64,000 nt of DNA from Minisyncoccota bacterium (GCA_035549255.1 DASZRD010000005.1:58-64057); one strand, 5' to 3'. Positions 9,714 through 18,998 are shown, counted from the stretch's first letter. Numbers and translations: made by a program. The notes: generated by a model not told the origin, from the letters alone.

Positions 9714-10175
9714 ATGAACAAAACAATCATCGGCGCGATCATTGCAGTTATTATTGTCGGCGGAGGCGCATTCTACGCCGGCACCGTCTACGGCAAGAGT
9801 TCGGGCCGCGGGCAGTTCGGCGGAGGCAATTTCACGCTTACCAACGGCGTGGGCGGCGCGCGCACCTTCACGCGCGGTGGCACCGGCGCGGGCGGAGCGG
9901 CAGGAGGCTTCACGGCAGGCAAAGTAATTTCCAATTCCGGCACGAGTATCTCGATTCAGGAACAAAACGGCAGCAGCACGGAAATAGTGCTGGTCGGGCC
10001 TTCGACGCAAATCCTCAAGTCGGACGCCGGCACTGCCAGCGACCTCACGGTCGGCACCGAGGTTACCGTCACCGGCAGCTCCAACAGCGACGGTTCGCTC
10101 ACGGCCAACTCGATCCAAATCCGCCCCGCGGGCATGGGCGAGTTTTCCCCTAGAGGTACTGCGCAAGGTCAGTAA
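9714..10175 (+). CDS. hypothetical secreted/membrane-anchored Gly-rich protein
   Basis: N-terminal TM/signal anchor, Gly-rich low-complexity segment, then a small beta-rich domain. Confidence 0.55.
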   Translation: MNKTIIGAIIAVIIVGGGAFYAGTVYGKSSGRGQFGGGNFTLTNGVGGARTFTRGGTGAGGAAGGFTAGKVISNSGTSISIQEQNGSSTEIVLVGPSTQILKSDAGTASDLTVGTEVTVTGSSNSDGSLTANSIQIRPAGMGEFSPRGTAQGQ

Positions 10176-10190
10176 CCCGGTACGACCCCT

Positions 10191-10586
10191 ATGATGCACA
10201 AGGCTCTTATCGCGGCAGGACTCTTCGCCGTGGTCGTTATCACGGCTGGGTGGCTCATGCTGCCGCGTGCGGCCACTCCGTCGTCGACGAGCGCGCTATC
10301 CTCTTCGGAAGAGCCTTCCGCGGCATCGGCATCATCGACACAACAAAGCTCCGTCATTACGATGGCGCAAGTGGAAGCGCATGCCGACGAGTCGAGCTGT
10401 TGGGCGGCCATCAACGGCAAGGTCTACGACCTCACGCAATGGATCCATCAACATCCCGGCGGCCCCGAGCATATTCTCGCCTTGTGCGGCACCGACGGCT
10501 CAGCGGCCTTCAACGCGCAGCACGGCGGGGAGTCGCAGCCCGCGCAGGAACTCGCCACTTTCTACATAGGCGACCTTGCGCAATAA
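10191..10586 (+). CDS. cytochrome b5-like heme-binding domain protein, exported
   Basis: Signal/TM anchor, Ser/Thr-rich linker, cytochrome b5 core with the HPGG motif (DLTQWIHQHPGGPEHI). Confidence 0.7.
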   Translation: MMHKALIAAGLFAVVVITAGWLMLPRAATPSSTSALSSSEEPSAASASSTQQSSVITMAQVEAHADESSCWAAINGKVYDLTQWIHQHPGGPEHILALCGTDGSAAFNAQHGGESQPAQELATFYIGDLAQ

Positions 10587-10592
10587 CCAAGC

Positions 10593-11027
10593 ATGAATCT
10601 CCACGAGATCCCCTTCTATCTCCATCTTGCCGCGCTCGCTGTCGCCGCGTGCGGGCTCCTCTACGCCGACAAGATCGGACTCTCGTGGATGCGCGGACGG
10701 ACCGAGACGGTCCCGAGTCGGACTCTCCTTGTGTTGCATGAAGTCGTGTCTGTTGCGCTCATAGTGCTGATCCTTACCGGCCTCTACCTCTTCTGGCCCC
10801 TGCGCGAGTATCTGCTCCATCAGAGGCTTTTCTACATCAAGATGTCGTTCGTGGCGCTGCTCGTCGTCAATTCCATAGCGATAGACAATCTCATGCACAC
10901 GGCGGCGCATACGCCCTTCCGTGACCTGCCTGCGCGATTGCGCACCGGCCTTTTCGTGAGCGGTGGGCTCTCCTTCCTGTGCTGGGTGGGCGCGGGGCTC
11001 GCCGCGCTCCTGCTCTTTGGACTTTAA
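10593..11027 (+). CDS. integral membrane protein with conserved intramembrane histidines
   Basis: Four predicted TM helices, His within helices (YLHLAAL, LVLHEVV, NLMHTAAH); 7 nt downstream of the cytochrome b5-like gene. Confidence 0.55.
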   Translation: MNLHEIPFYLHLAALAVAACGLLYADKIGLSWMRGRTETVPSRTLLVLHEVVSVALIVLILTGLYLFWPLREYLLHQRLFYIKMSFVALLVVNSIAIDNLMHTAAHTPFRDLPARLRTGLFVSGGLSFLCWVGAGLAALLLFGL

Positions 11028-11659
11028 AATTCTCTCGTCTCGCCGTCTTGCATCGAGACATACTCGGTCCCCAGTACGAACATCTTGAGCGCGGTGCCGA
11101 CGAAGCCCCTGAAAGGCGGCACGATCATGCCGTCATGTACACCGAAAGCAGTCCGTGCCTTGATCTCTTTTGCGAAATTGATAACATCCTTGATTTTGAG
11201 CCACGGCCCGGCGACCGGCAGCGCCAGCACGTCGACAGATTTTCTTGGGATCTCGAAGTTATCACCGGGGAAATAAAATTTCTCCGCGACCAAGTAAGCG
11301 GTATTTTCGACCTGGCCCATGTCACCGTAGATTTCAGCATGCTTGGTGCCGAAGCCCTCGATCGAGATACCCTTCACATCGGTCTTTTCGCCGTCGCCGA
11401 CTTTAGTGAATTCAACGTTCTCTTTCTTGAGAAGTTCGCCCACTTCCGCATTCGTAACAAAGATTGCGTCGGGATTATTGTTCTTGAGATGCGGCACCGA
11501 GTCGGCATGGTAATGGTCGCCGTGGCTGTGCGTGATGAGCACGGCATCGAGGCCCGTCACGTCGTTCTGCTCTGTCGTGAAGCTCCCCGGGTCGGTCAGG
11601 ATCTTGACCCCATCGATATCGATAAGCATACAGCAATGCCCGAATTTGGTGATTTTCAT
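11024..11659 (-). CDS. MBL-fold metallo-hydrolase
   Basis: THSHGDHYH metallo-beta-lactamase motif. Start set at internal ATG (MKITKFGHCCMLI); the track start at 11737 is a longer upstream ATG. Confidence 0.8.
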   Translation of the reverse strand: MKITKFGHCCMLIDIDGVKILTDPGSFTTEQNDVTGLDAVLITHSHGDHYHADSVPHLKNNNPDAIFVTNAEVGELLKKENVEFTKVGDGEKTDVKGISIEGFGTKHAEIYGDMGQVENTAYLVAEKFYFPGDNFEIPRKSVDVLALPVAGPWLKIKDVINFAKEIKARTAFGVHDGMIVPPFRGFVGTALKMFVLGTEYVSMQDGETREF

Positions 11660-11681
11660 GCATCTACTATAGCAAATCTGG

Positions 11682-13364
11682 CTATAGTTTCGCTGAAGTT
11701 CCCTTTCCAACCGGCAGGTCGAGGTGCGCGAGCGCATCGCCGAAGGTGGTGCCGACCTTTTTGCCGGGGTTGAAGATATCTAACGGGTCAAATATCTGGT
11801 TGACCTGCATGAAGAGCGCGTACATCTCGGGACCGAACATCTCCTCGACGTAGGGCGTGCGGATCAAGCCATCGTTATGCTCGCCCGAGATTGAGCCATG
11901 GTATGAGGTAATGAGGTCGTAGACCTTATGGCTGAGCTCGTCGATAACCTTCGCCGTGCCGGGGTCCTTAGGATCGACGAGCGGGATAATATGGAAGTTG
12001 CCGTCGCCTACATGGCCCGCGATCGTATAGAGGAAGTTGTAATGCGAGAGGATCTCCTGCAATTTGGGCAAAAATTCCGGGAGCTTGAGCGGGTTGACCA
12101 CGAAGTCGTCGATAAAGGGCGCCGTGCGCAAGCCGCGCACCTTCTTGCGCAAGAGATTGAAGCTCTCGCGGCGTACGACCCAGTACTTGCGCGCGTGCGC
12201 TTCGTCGCGCGCCACACGCACGCGCAGTTTTTTATTACTGCTCTGTATCTCGCGCGCAAGCTTCTGCGCTTGCGCCAGCGCCTCGCCCTGCGTATAGGCC
12301 CGGAACTCCGCCATGAGGACAAGCTTGGGGATGCCGCCGGTCGCGAGCATCCAGACCTCGGGTAGGAACGAAAACCCGAGCTTGATAATCCCCGCCTTCA
12401 TCTGCTTGGCGAATTCGGGGAAATACTTTACCGCCAATTTGAAGGTGTTGTCGTCATAGGACTCGAAGCTGTCGGGCTTGTAGGCGAGCACCTGCGGCAC
12501 GATGGTGCCGAGCTCCGCAAGCGAGTCGAGGAAGATCACGACCATCGAGGAATACGGCATCGGGTGCACGAGTGAGAATTTTATTTTGGTATTGATGCCG
12601 AGCGTCCCCTGCGCTCCCACCATGAGGCGCGCAAGATTGAGCGAGGTGACGCCGTCGCCGATGTCCCACAGCGCGTAGCCGGAGGAATTCTTCTCAACTG
12701 TGGGCTTGTGCTTCTCTATGATCTCCCTGTTTTCCGGCGTACTCACGAGCTGGGCGATCTTGCGATAAAGGTCGCCTTCGAAACTTTCTTCAGCAAGTTT
12801 GCGCTTGAGATCCTCGCCTTCGAGATTCCTCAGCGTATGCACCTCGCCGTCGGCAAGCACCATCTCGAGCTCCTCGACATAGCGTGCCGTCTTGCCATAT
12901 TTGAGGTTCTTCTCGCCGCCGGAGTTGTTGGCGACCATACCGCCCACCGTGTTGAGCTCGCGGCTCGCGGTATAGCTTGGGAGTTCGAGGTTCTGTTTCT
13001 GTGTTTCTTTATCGAAATTGCGGAAGTAGACGCCCGGCTCGACGACAGCCTGCATACTCCCGACTGAAATAACTTTGTCGAAGTGCTTGGTCATATCAAG
13101 AACGACCGAGTCGGTAAGCGGACCGCCGGACATATCGGTCCCCGCCGCCCGCGCGGTGAGCGAGAGATGCGTCTTCGGCACTTTTTTGCGCTCGGTAACG
13201 AATTTAACCAGCGCGCAGATGTCAGCAGCATCTTTAGGCGCGACGACGACCTCCGGCTTCTCGACAAACAGGCTCGCGTCGCGCGAAAAAGCTTCGCGCG
13301 TAGCAGAGGTGTCATCCACCTCGCCCTTCACAACCTTTTTAATATCATCTGCGAGCGAAGCCAT
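11682..13364 (-). CDS. FAD-binding oxidoreductase (FAD-linked oxidase, GlcD-like)
   Basis: FAD_binding_4 motifs (ARAAGTDMSGGPL) and an FAD-oxidase C-terminal domain (GSISGEHNDGLIR). Confidence 0.9.
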   Translation of the reverse strand: MASLADDIKKVVKGEVDDTSATREAFSRDASLFVEKPEVVVAPKDAADICALVKFVTERKKVPKTHLSLTARAAGTDMSGGPLTDSVVLDMTKHFDKVISVGSMQAVVEPGVYFRNFDKETQKQNLELPSYTASRELNTVGGMVANNSGGEKNLKYGKTARYVEELEMVLADGEVHTLRNLEGEDLKRKLAEESFEGDLYRKIAQLVSTPENREIIEKHKPTVEKNSSGYALWDIGDGVTSLNLARLMVGAQGTLGINTKIKFSLVHPMPYSSMVVIFLDSLAELGTIVPQVLAYKPDSFESYDDNTFKLAVKYFPEFAKQMKAGIIKLGFSFLPEVWMLATGGIPKLVLMAEFRAYTQGEALAQAQKLAREIQSSNKKLRVRVARDEAHARKYWVVRRESFNLLRKKVRGLRTAPFIDDFVVNPLKLPEFLPKLQEILSHYNFLYTIAGHVGDGNFHIIPLVDPKDPGTAKVIDELSHKVYDLITSYHGSISGEHNDGLIRTPYVEEMFGPEMYALFMQVNQIFDPLDIFNPGKKVGTTFGDALAHLDLPVGKGTSAKL

Positions 13365-13392
13365 AGCTCAAAACTCTATCTAGTATAGCACC

Positions 13393-13429
13393 GCAAAAGA
13401 AGAAGGCCGGCGCGTAAAACGCGCCGGCC
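13393..13429 (-). terminator. intrinsic terminator for the minus-strand gene ending at 13435
   Basis: 10-bp GC stem GGCCGGCGCG/CGCGCCGGCC with loop TAAAA, followed on the minus strand by TTCTTCTTTTG. Confidence 0.5.
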
Positions 13430-13434
13430 TAGGC

Positions 13435-13803
13435 CTACAGTCCCCAATCTTCGAGCTCCTCCTTGTACATCGATTTCCGAATATCCTGAAGCTGCTCAAT
13501 AACCTTGGGGTCGGTAATGCGAATGAAGCGGTCGACAACCTTCCCCTGCCACTGCGCCTTCTCCCAGAACATATGGAGCGGTCGCAGGTCGAACATCTTG
13601 CCGTTCTTGTAGACGAAGGCGTCGTAGAGCGGCTTGTACACCTGCATGTTGGCGTCCTCCGGCCGGCAGTCGTCCTCGGTATGATGCCCGGCGCCGTAAA
13701 TATAGTAGGCGTAATTATTCACCGCCCCCATGGGGTCGTGCTTGTAGTGGTAGTAGTACCCTGCCTCGGGGGCCTGCAGAGCCGGCTTGTCTTCGTATGC
13801 CAT
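13435..13803 (-). CDS. DUF1653-like protein
   Basis: GYYYHYKHDP ... YAYYIYGAGHHTE resembles the DUF1653 Y-rich core; GGAGA RBS. Confidence 0.55.
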   Translation of the reverse strand: MAYEDKPALQAPEAGYYYHYKHDPMGAVNNYAYYIYGAGHHTEDDCRPEDANMQVYKPLYDAFVYKNGKMFDLRPLHMFWEKAQWQGKVVDRFIRITDPKVIEQLQDIRKSMYKEELEDWGL

Positions 13804-13874
13804 GATGTATCTCCGTGGTTCTAACCTGCGCCACTATACACCAAAAATTAAATAACGTATTCCAAAATTACCCA

Positions 13875-13946
13875 TGACTCTACGGGGATTCGAACCCCGA
13901 TTTGCGCCGTGAGAGGGCGCCGTCCTAACCATTAGACGATAGAGCC
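13875..13946 (-). tRNA. tRNA-Glu (anticodon CUC)
   Basis: Manual cloverleaf: acceptor GGCTCTA/TAGAGTC, D-arm CGTC-TAATGGTTAG-GACG, anticodon arm GCGCC-CTCTCAC-GGCGC, T-arm CGGGG-TTCGAAT-CCCCG, discriminator A; CCA not encoded. Confidence 0.85.
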
Positions 13947-13961
13947 GTGCGTACACAATAA

Positions 13962-14008
13962 AACAAAAAATCCGGAAAAGAAAGTGGCCGGCGCTTGTGG
14001 CGCCGGCC
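13962..14008 (-). terminator. intrinsic terminator (GGCCGGCGC hairpin plus U-tract)
   Basis: Perfect 9-bp GC stem with short loop, followed on the minus strand by ACTTTCTTTTCCGGATTTTTTGTTTTATTG. About 225 nt downstream of the murF stop and immediately upstream of tRNA-Glu. Confidence 0.55.
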
Positions 14009-14231
14009 GGGTTCGGACCCTGTGTAAGACACAAGGCTGGCTGTGGTAAGGCCTCCGTGGTCAGAGGAAGAGTTTAGAGCACTTAGGATCCGATGTACGG
14101 CATCTGTAAACAGCATGCCGGCCCGGCAGCAACACCCTCTCCGTGACCCTCACCTTGCAAGGTACCTGTCCGCCTCGTGCTTCGAGGACCGCGAACAGGA
14201 CAAGCGTATACCTTTACAAAACTTCGTCAAG

Positions 14232-15533
14232 CTACCGCTTCTTCCACTCTTCGTCCTGGCGCACGAGCGTATCAGCCGCATGGCTCGGATCGGCCATGAT
14301 TTCCTCTACGATGCGCTCGGTACGGACGCTCTGTGAGCCTTTCACTAAAATCGTATCGCCCTCTTTGAGCATGGCTTCAAGCTCCTTGGCCGCCTGTTCT
14401 GACTCTTCGTACTGGAAAATATGATCCTCCTTCATGCCGCTTCCGAGCGCACCCTCGGCGATGTCGCGCGCGCGGAACCCCACCGTCATGAGTATCGTCG
14501 CAGATTTTGCCGCAACGGCCCCGATCTTGCGGTGCTCTTCAACCGAATGCCGACCAAGCTCGAGCATATCGCCCATGATCGCTATCTTACGGCCCTTGGG
14601 AAGCAACTTCAATGTCTCGAGTGCTGCTTGCGCTGCGGCCGGAGAAGAGTTGTAGGTGTCGTCGATGATGACCGTATGCTTTTCGCCCTCGACCAGGTGC
14701 ATGCGGCCTTTTGGCGGCTCGTAGCTGCGCAGCGCGTCGATAATATCGGGCAAGGGCTTATCCAGCGCCTTCCCCACGGCGGCGGCGGCGAGCGCTGGGA
14801 GCAGCGCGTGCGCGCCCAAGGCGCCCCCGACCACGAGCTTTTCCGTCATACCGTCGATCGTGATCTCCGCGCTCATGCCGACCGGCTTCTCCTTGCCCGC
14901 AATCTCCTCAAAGACGATGCGCATGTCGCTCCCGCGGACCTCCGCTGCCTCGCCGAAGCCGAACGTGACGACGCGCGCCCCGGGCGCGCGGTGGCGCAGC
15001 CGCTCGACCTCCGCGTCGTCGGCATAGAGAACGAGCGCGCCGCCGGGCACGAGCGCCTCGATGAGCGAAGCTTTTTCTTCTTTCACCGCCTCGGGCGAAT
15101 CGAAGAACTCGACATGTACCGGCACGTCGGGCAGCCGCGTGATCACCGCGACGTCAACCGGCAGCCACGATGAAAGCGAGCGGATATCGCCGGGCCGGTC
15201 AGCGCCCGCCTCAAGCACGAGCCACTCCGGATAGCGATGCCTAACTACGAGGAGCGATGCGCCCGCAAGCAGGTTCTCGACCCAGGCTACCGGATTGCGC
15301 CAGGCGTTCGGTCGCCCAAGTATGGTGAGCGGGAGCCCGATCTCGCTGTTGAAGCTCTTCTCGCTTTTGCGCGTGTACGCGTCATGCGCGACGACTGAAT
15401 AGATGGCGTCTTTGGTCGACGTCTTGCCGACGCTGCCGGTCACCGCGATGACCTTGGGCTTGTAGCGGCGTACGACAAGCGCGGCCTCAAGCCGCAACAG
15501 GCGCACGACGAGGGATTTGAAAAATGCGTGCAT
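14232..15533 (-). CDS. murF: UDP-N-acetylmuramoyl-tripeptide--D-alanyl-D-alanine ligase MurF
   Basis: Mur ligase motifs (IAVTGSVGKTSTKD, DDTYNSSP). Start set at MHAFFK ATG, 5 nt after the ftsI stop; the track ORF extends further upstream. Confidence 0.9.
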   Translation of the reverse strand: MHAFFKSLVVRLLRLEAALVVRRYKPKVIAVTGSVGKTSTKDAIYSVVAHDAYTRKSEKSFNSEIGLPLTILGRPNAWRNPVAWVENLLAGASLLVVRHRYPEWLVLEAGADRPGDIRSLSSWLPVDVAVITRLPDVPVHVEFFDSPEAVKEEKASLIEALVPGGALVLYADDAEVERLRHRAPGARVVTFGFGEAAEVRGSDMRIVFEEIAGKEKPVGMSAEITIDGMTEKLVVGGALGAHALLPALAAAAVGKALDKPLPDIIDALRSYEPPKGRMHLVEGEKHTVIIDDTYNSSPAAAQAALETLKLLPKGRKIAIMGDMLELGRHSVEEHRKIGAVAAKSATILMTVGFRARDIAEGALGSGMKEDHIFQYEESEQAAKELEAMLKEGDTILVKGSQSVRTERIVEEIMADPSHAADTLVRQDEEWKKR

Positions 15534-15538
15534 ACCGA

Positions 15539-17059
15539 TCAGCGGTCGGGCGGAACATTGTAGTAATTGATAAGAAATTGCACCGTATCGTGAAAGTACG
15601 TCCCCCACGTCTCCGAAGAGTACGGCGCGCCCTTGGGGTCGACCGCGAAAAGGAAGACAATGAATTTGGCGTCGTAGGACGGGAAGTAGCCGAAGAAGCT
15701 GTGGAGGAACTCGTTGCTATAATAGCCTCCCCCGTTGGGGTTGGCAATTTGCGCGGTGCCCGTCTTTGCGGCGACGCTATAGTGCGGGAAGCTCATGCCT
15801 GCGGCAAACGCGTTGTCTACGACGGTGGTAAGCATGCGGGTGACGTCGGTAACGGTCTGCGGCTTGAGCACGTCGGGCGTCGTCGCCCACGTAAGGTCGC
15901 GCGTGATGCCCGTGTCGTAGCGGATCGATTTCGCGAAGTGCGGCGTCACGAGGTTGCCGCCGTTGGCGAGCGTCGCAAGCGCACGAACGGTCTCTATCGG
16001 CGTGATCGCGATGCCTTGGCCGAACGACGCGGTGTCGAAATCGACTGCCTGGTTGCCGTTCGCGATATTGCTGACGAGGCCATGCACTTCGCCGGGGAGA
16101 TCGATCCCCGTCTCCTGCCCGAGGTCGTAATGGTTGAGGAAATAGTTGCGCATGATCGACGGACCCATCTTAGTCGCCACGTACGACGCGCCGACGTTGA
16201 GCGATTGTGAGAGGATCTGCTGCATCGGGATAACGCCGCGCGCGACGCCGTCATAATTGCAAATGCGCTTCTCATTGACCGTGATACAGCCGGTATCATC
16301 ATACGTGCTGTCGGGCGTAATGACTCCCGAGTCGATGCCCGCAGCCATCGTGAGCGGCTTTATGATCGAGCCCATCTCAAAGACGTTCTGCGCCATCGGG
16401 TTGGCGTAGATGGACGGATCCTTCTGCGTATTGAAAGAATTGAGGTCGAAGGTGGGCGCTACGGCCATGGCGTATATTTCGCCGTTTTGCGGGTTCATGA
16501 TAATCCCGCCCGTGAGCTCGGGGTGCCATTGTGCATCGTAATTTGCGAGCGTGCGTTCAAGCTCGGCCTGTACCGTAGGCTCTATCGTCGTCACCACACT
16601 TCCCGATTGCGGGTCGCCGGCGAGGGCGCGCTTGGCCGCGCCGAATAATTGCACGAAAAAGTTCGAGTAGAGATCCTCTCCCGCCTGGCTCAGGGTTGTG
16701 TCGTAATATTTTTCCAATCCGTAGCGGCCCTTCTGCGTATTGTCGTTATTGTAGGCGACGAAGCCGATCTCCTGCGCGGCGAGCGAGCCGCCGGGATAGG
16801 CGCGCTTGCGCTCGCTCGTGCTCGCGATGTCCTGCATGAGCGCTGCGGCCCAGGGCACCCCGTCCTTGTCGGTAAAGTAGATTTTATCCCGGTCGACGAT
16901 GGGCCCGGTCGTGGGGTTGGCCTGCGCGTCGGCCCGCGCGGCGTACATGTCTCCGTGCATGATCTGGAGCACGTAAAGGCGCCCCGCGATAAGCAGGGCG
17001 CATAGCGCAAATATGACCGCGACTACCCGTATCCGCACTACGAAGCGCGCACTGTTCAT
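15539..17059 (-). CDS. ftsI: peptidoglycan D,D-transpeptidase FtsI (class B PBP)
   Basis: N-terminal TM, SxxK (GSIIKP), SxN (SQSLN), KTG (KTGTAQ); dcw context. Confidence 0.9.
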   Translation of the reverse strand: MNSARFVVRIRVVAVIFALCALLIAGRLYVLQIMHGDMYAARADAQANPTTGPIVDRDKIYFTDKDGVPWAAALMQDIASTSERKRAYPGGSLAAQEIGFVAYNNDNTQKGRYGLEKYYDTTLSQAGEDLYSNFFVQLFGAAKRALAGDPQSGSVVTTIEPTVQAELERTLANYDAQWHPELTGGIIMNPQNGEIYAMAVAPTFDLNSFNTQKDPSIYANPMAQNVFEMGSIIKPLTMAAGIDSGVITPDSTYDDTGCITVNEKRICNYDGVARGVIPMQQILSQSLNVGASYVATKMGPSIMRNYFLNHYDLGQETGIDLPGEVHGLVSNIANGNQAVDFDTASFGQGIAITPIETVRALATLANGGNLVTPHFAKSIRYDTGITRDLTWATTPDVLKPQTVTDVTRMLTTVVDNAFAAGMSFPHYSVAAKTGTAQIANPNGGGYYSNEFLHSFFGYFPSYDAKFIVFLFAVDPKGAPYSSETWGTYFHDTVQFLINYYNVPPDR

Positions 17060-17061
17060 GA

Positions 17062-17376
17062 TCAGCGGTTCTCCGAGAGCGCCTTCATCGAGCCGTCGGC
17101 AAGCACCGTGGTGATCCCAGCGGGGGCGACATAGCCCATCGCCTTGACGCTGTCGAGCGTGAGGTCGCGCGTGGCGGCGAGATAGCCCGTCTCCATCTCG
17201 CCGATATGCGTCGTGATCGCGCTCAACTCCTTCTGCGCATCGGTGCGCTTGGCGGCATTAGCGACCGCTTCAAGCAAAAATACGCCGTAGAAGAATACCG
17301 ACAGCGCGATGACGGCGGCAAACAGCGCGTTGAGACGATTGAGATACGGCGTGTAGGTGATGGCGATGCTTTTCAT
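17062..17376 (-). CDS. ftsL: cell division protein FtsL-like
   Basis: 104-aa bitopic membrane protein between rsmH and ftsI; 4-nt ATGA overlap with ftsI. Confidence 0.6.
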   Translation of the reverse strand: MKSIAITYTPYLNRLNALFAAVIALSVFFYGVFLLEAVANAAKRTDAQKELSAITTHIGEMETGYLAATRDLTLDSVKAMGYVAPAGITTVLADGSMKALSENR

Positions 17377-17386
17377 GGTAAATCGA

Positions 17387-18388
17387 TTATTCTGCTAATT
17401 TTTCAATCGCGCGGACCTTGGCGCTGCGCGCAGACGGGTTCCTCATGATCTCCTCGCGCGTCGCGGCAAGCGGCTTTTTAACGACGAGTTTGCCCCTGCT
17501 CTCTTTAGCGAGCCCGGCGAACAGCTTCTTGACCGCGCGGTCCTCGATGCTGTGGAAGGTAATGACGACGATGCGGCCGCCCGGTGCGAGATGACCCCAC
17601 GCCGCGCGGACGCCGCGGTCGATGACTCCAAGCTCGTCGTTAACCGCGATGCGCAGTGCTTGGAATGTCTTCGTCGCCGGGTTGAGGCGGCCGTGGCGGT
17701 AGCGCCCGGGGACCGCGTCGCGGATGATTTCTACCAGCTCCATGGTTGACGCGATCGGGGCGATCTCGCGGCGCGCGACGATCGCTTTGGCAATAGGCCG
17801 CGCATAGCGCTCCTCGCCGTAGCCGAAGAAGACGTCCGCGAGCACCTTCTCTTCCCATGTATTGAGAATCTCCGCGGCGGTGAAGCCGCTCGCGGGCTTG
17901 GAACCGTAGCTCATGACGAGCGGCTCGTCATGCATGAAGGTAAATCCGCGCCCCGAGCTCATTTGTGTCATGTTCCAGCCCAAGTCGAAGAGGAATTTAT
18001 TCGCCTGCACGATCTTCTGCTTCTTGAGGATTGCAGCGAGGTCGCCGAAGTTTCCTTCAACGATTTCTGCGCGCTTGTGGTACTGCGCCAGACGCTCGCG
18101 CGCGGCTTGCGCCGCCTCATGATCGGCATCGATGCCAAGTAAAGTTACCGGCGCTGCGCGCAATATCGCCTCCGCATGACCTCCAAGGCCAAGCGTGCAA
18201 TCGACCACCATATCGAGACGCTTGAGATCGAGGAGCGCGATCGCCTCCTTCACCATGACGCTCTCGTGGCCCGTGCGCGCCGCCTTTCGAGATGACCCCT
18301 GCCCTAACTCCCGCTCGCGTAGAGAAGCGCCCTCCTCTCGACGGAGGCGATGCTCAACACGAACAGGAGTTAAAGAATGAGTTGTCAT
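17387..18388 (-). CDS. rsmH: 16S rRNA (cytosine1402-N4)-methyltransferase RsmH
   Basis: HESVMVKEAI...DCTLGLGGHAE matches the RsmH N-terminal SAM motif. Start set at the only in-frame ATG upstream of that motif, giving an unusual 40-aa Arg-rich N-terminal extension; the track start at 18505 overlaps mraZ. Confidence 0.8.
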   Translation of the reverse strand: MTTHSLTPVRVEHRLRREEGASLRERELGQGSSRKAARTGHESVMVKEAIALLDLKRLDMVVDCTLGLGGHAEAILRAAPVTLLGIDADHEAAQAARERLAQYHKRAEIVEGNFGDLAAILKKQKIVQANKFLFDLGWNMTQMSSGRGFTFMHDEPLVMSYGSKPASGFTAAEILNTWEEKVLADVFFGYGEERYARPIAKAIVARREIAPIASTMELVEIIRDAVPGRYRHGRLNPATKTFQALRIAVNDELGVIDRGVRAAWGHLAPGGRIVVITFHSIEDRAVKKLFAGLAKESRGKLVVKKPLAATREEIMRNPSARSAKVRAIEKLAE

Positions 18389-18404
18389 AGCTATGTCAAA
18401 CGGC

Positions 18405-18839
18405 TTACAGTATGCCCACGTCGCCCAAGGTCTGCGCCATCGCCTCGGCGCTCCCCTCGATGCGCGCCTTATACTCGTTCCACTTCCCTTCGTCCCAGAT
18501 CTCAATGCGCTCCGAGACGCCGGTCAGCACCACCCGCCCCTTAAGCCCCGCGAACTCCTTGAGGAAGTCGGGAATAAGGATGCGTCCCGCGCTGTCGACC
18601 TCACCCTCGACCGCGCCAGCCAAGAGGAAGCGGCTGATGCCGCGCGTATCGGCCTGGCCGAACGGGAGCGCCGCGAGCTTGGTCGCGATTTCCTTCCAGG
18701 CCTTTGCCGGGAAGAGGAACAAACATTGGTCGAGCCCGCGCGTGACGACAACGGTACGGCCGGCCTCTTTGCGGAACTTGGCGGGAAGCGAAACCCGTTT
18801 CTTATCGTCCAGAGTGTGCAGGTATTCGCCGATAAACAT
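18405..18839 (-). CDS. mraZ: transcriptional regulator MraZ
   Basis: Two MraZ repeats with the DxxxR motifs (TLDDKKRVSLPAKFR ... ILIPDFLKEFAGL). Confidence 0.9.
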   Translation of the reverse strand: MFIGEYLHTLDDKKRVSLPAKFRKEAGRTVVVTRGLDQCLFLFPAKAWKEIATKLAALPFGQADTRGISRFLLAGAVEGEVDSAGRILIPDFLKEFAGLKGRVVLTGVSERIEIWDEGKWNEYKARIEGSAEAMAQTLGDVGIL

Positions 18840-18850
18840 ATCCTTTTCTG

Positions 18851-18902
18851 TCCCACTTTATCCCACTAGATCCCAGTATACAATCCGCCTCTTCCACCTC
18901 AA
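18851..18902 (-). promoter_or_regulatory. Pmra promoter with MraZ operator: three TGGGA direct repeats at exact 10-bp spacing
   Basis: + strand tccca at 18851, 18861 and 18871; -10 TATACT (18875..18880) and -35 TTGAGG (18897..18902) with 16-nt spacer on the minus strand. Confidence 0.55.
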
Positions 18903-18969
18903 ACCACTTATACACAATTCCACCCCAAATCAGTACTGGAGAACAGAAAATTGGCTATTTCTAGTGCTA

Positions 18970-18998
18970 TTGACAAATATTTATTTTTGGTATATCAT
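18970..18998 (+). promoter_or_regulatory. sigma70 promoter TTGACA-17-TATCAT, divergent from Pmra
   Basis: TTGACA 18970..18975, TATCAT 18993..18998; drives two small + strand ORFs. Confidence 0.5.

Noticed and set aside
13998-14090. Possible long-arm tRNA or tmRNA-like 3' end (GGGTCCGAACCC GGCCGGCGCCA resembles a T-arm plus CCA)
   Set aside because: No 5' segment complementary to the putative acceptor strand could be found and the T-stem does not close around a 7-nt loop. Better explained as a terminator hairpin (GGCCGGCGC/GCGCCGGCC) plus U-tract.
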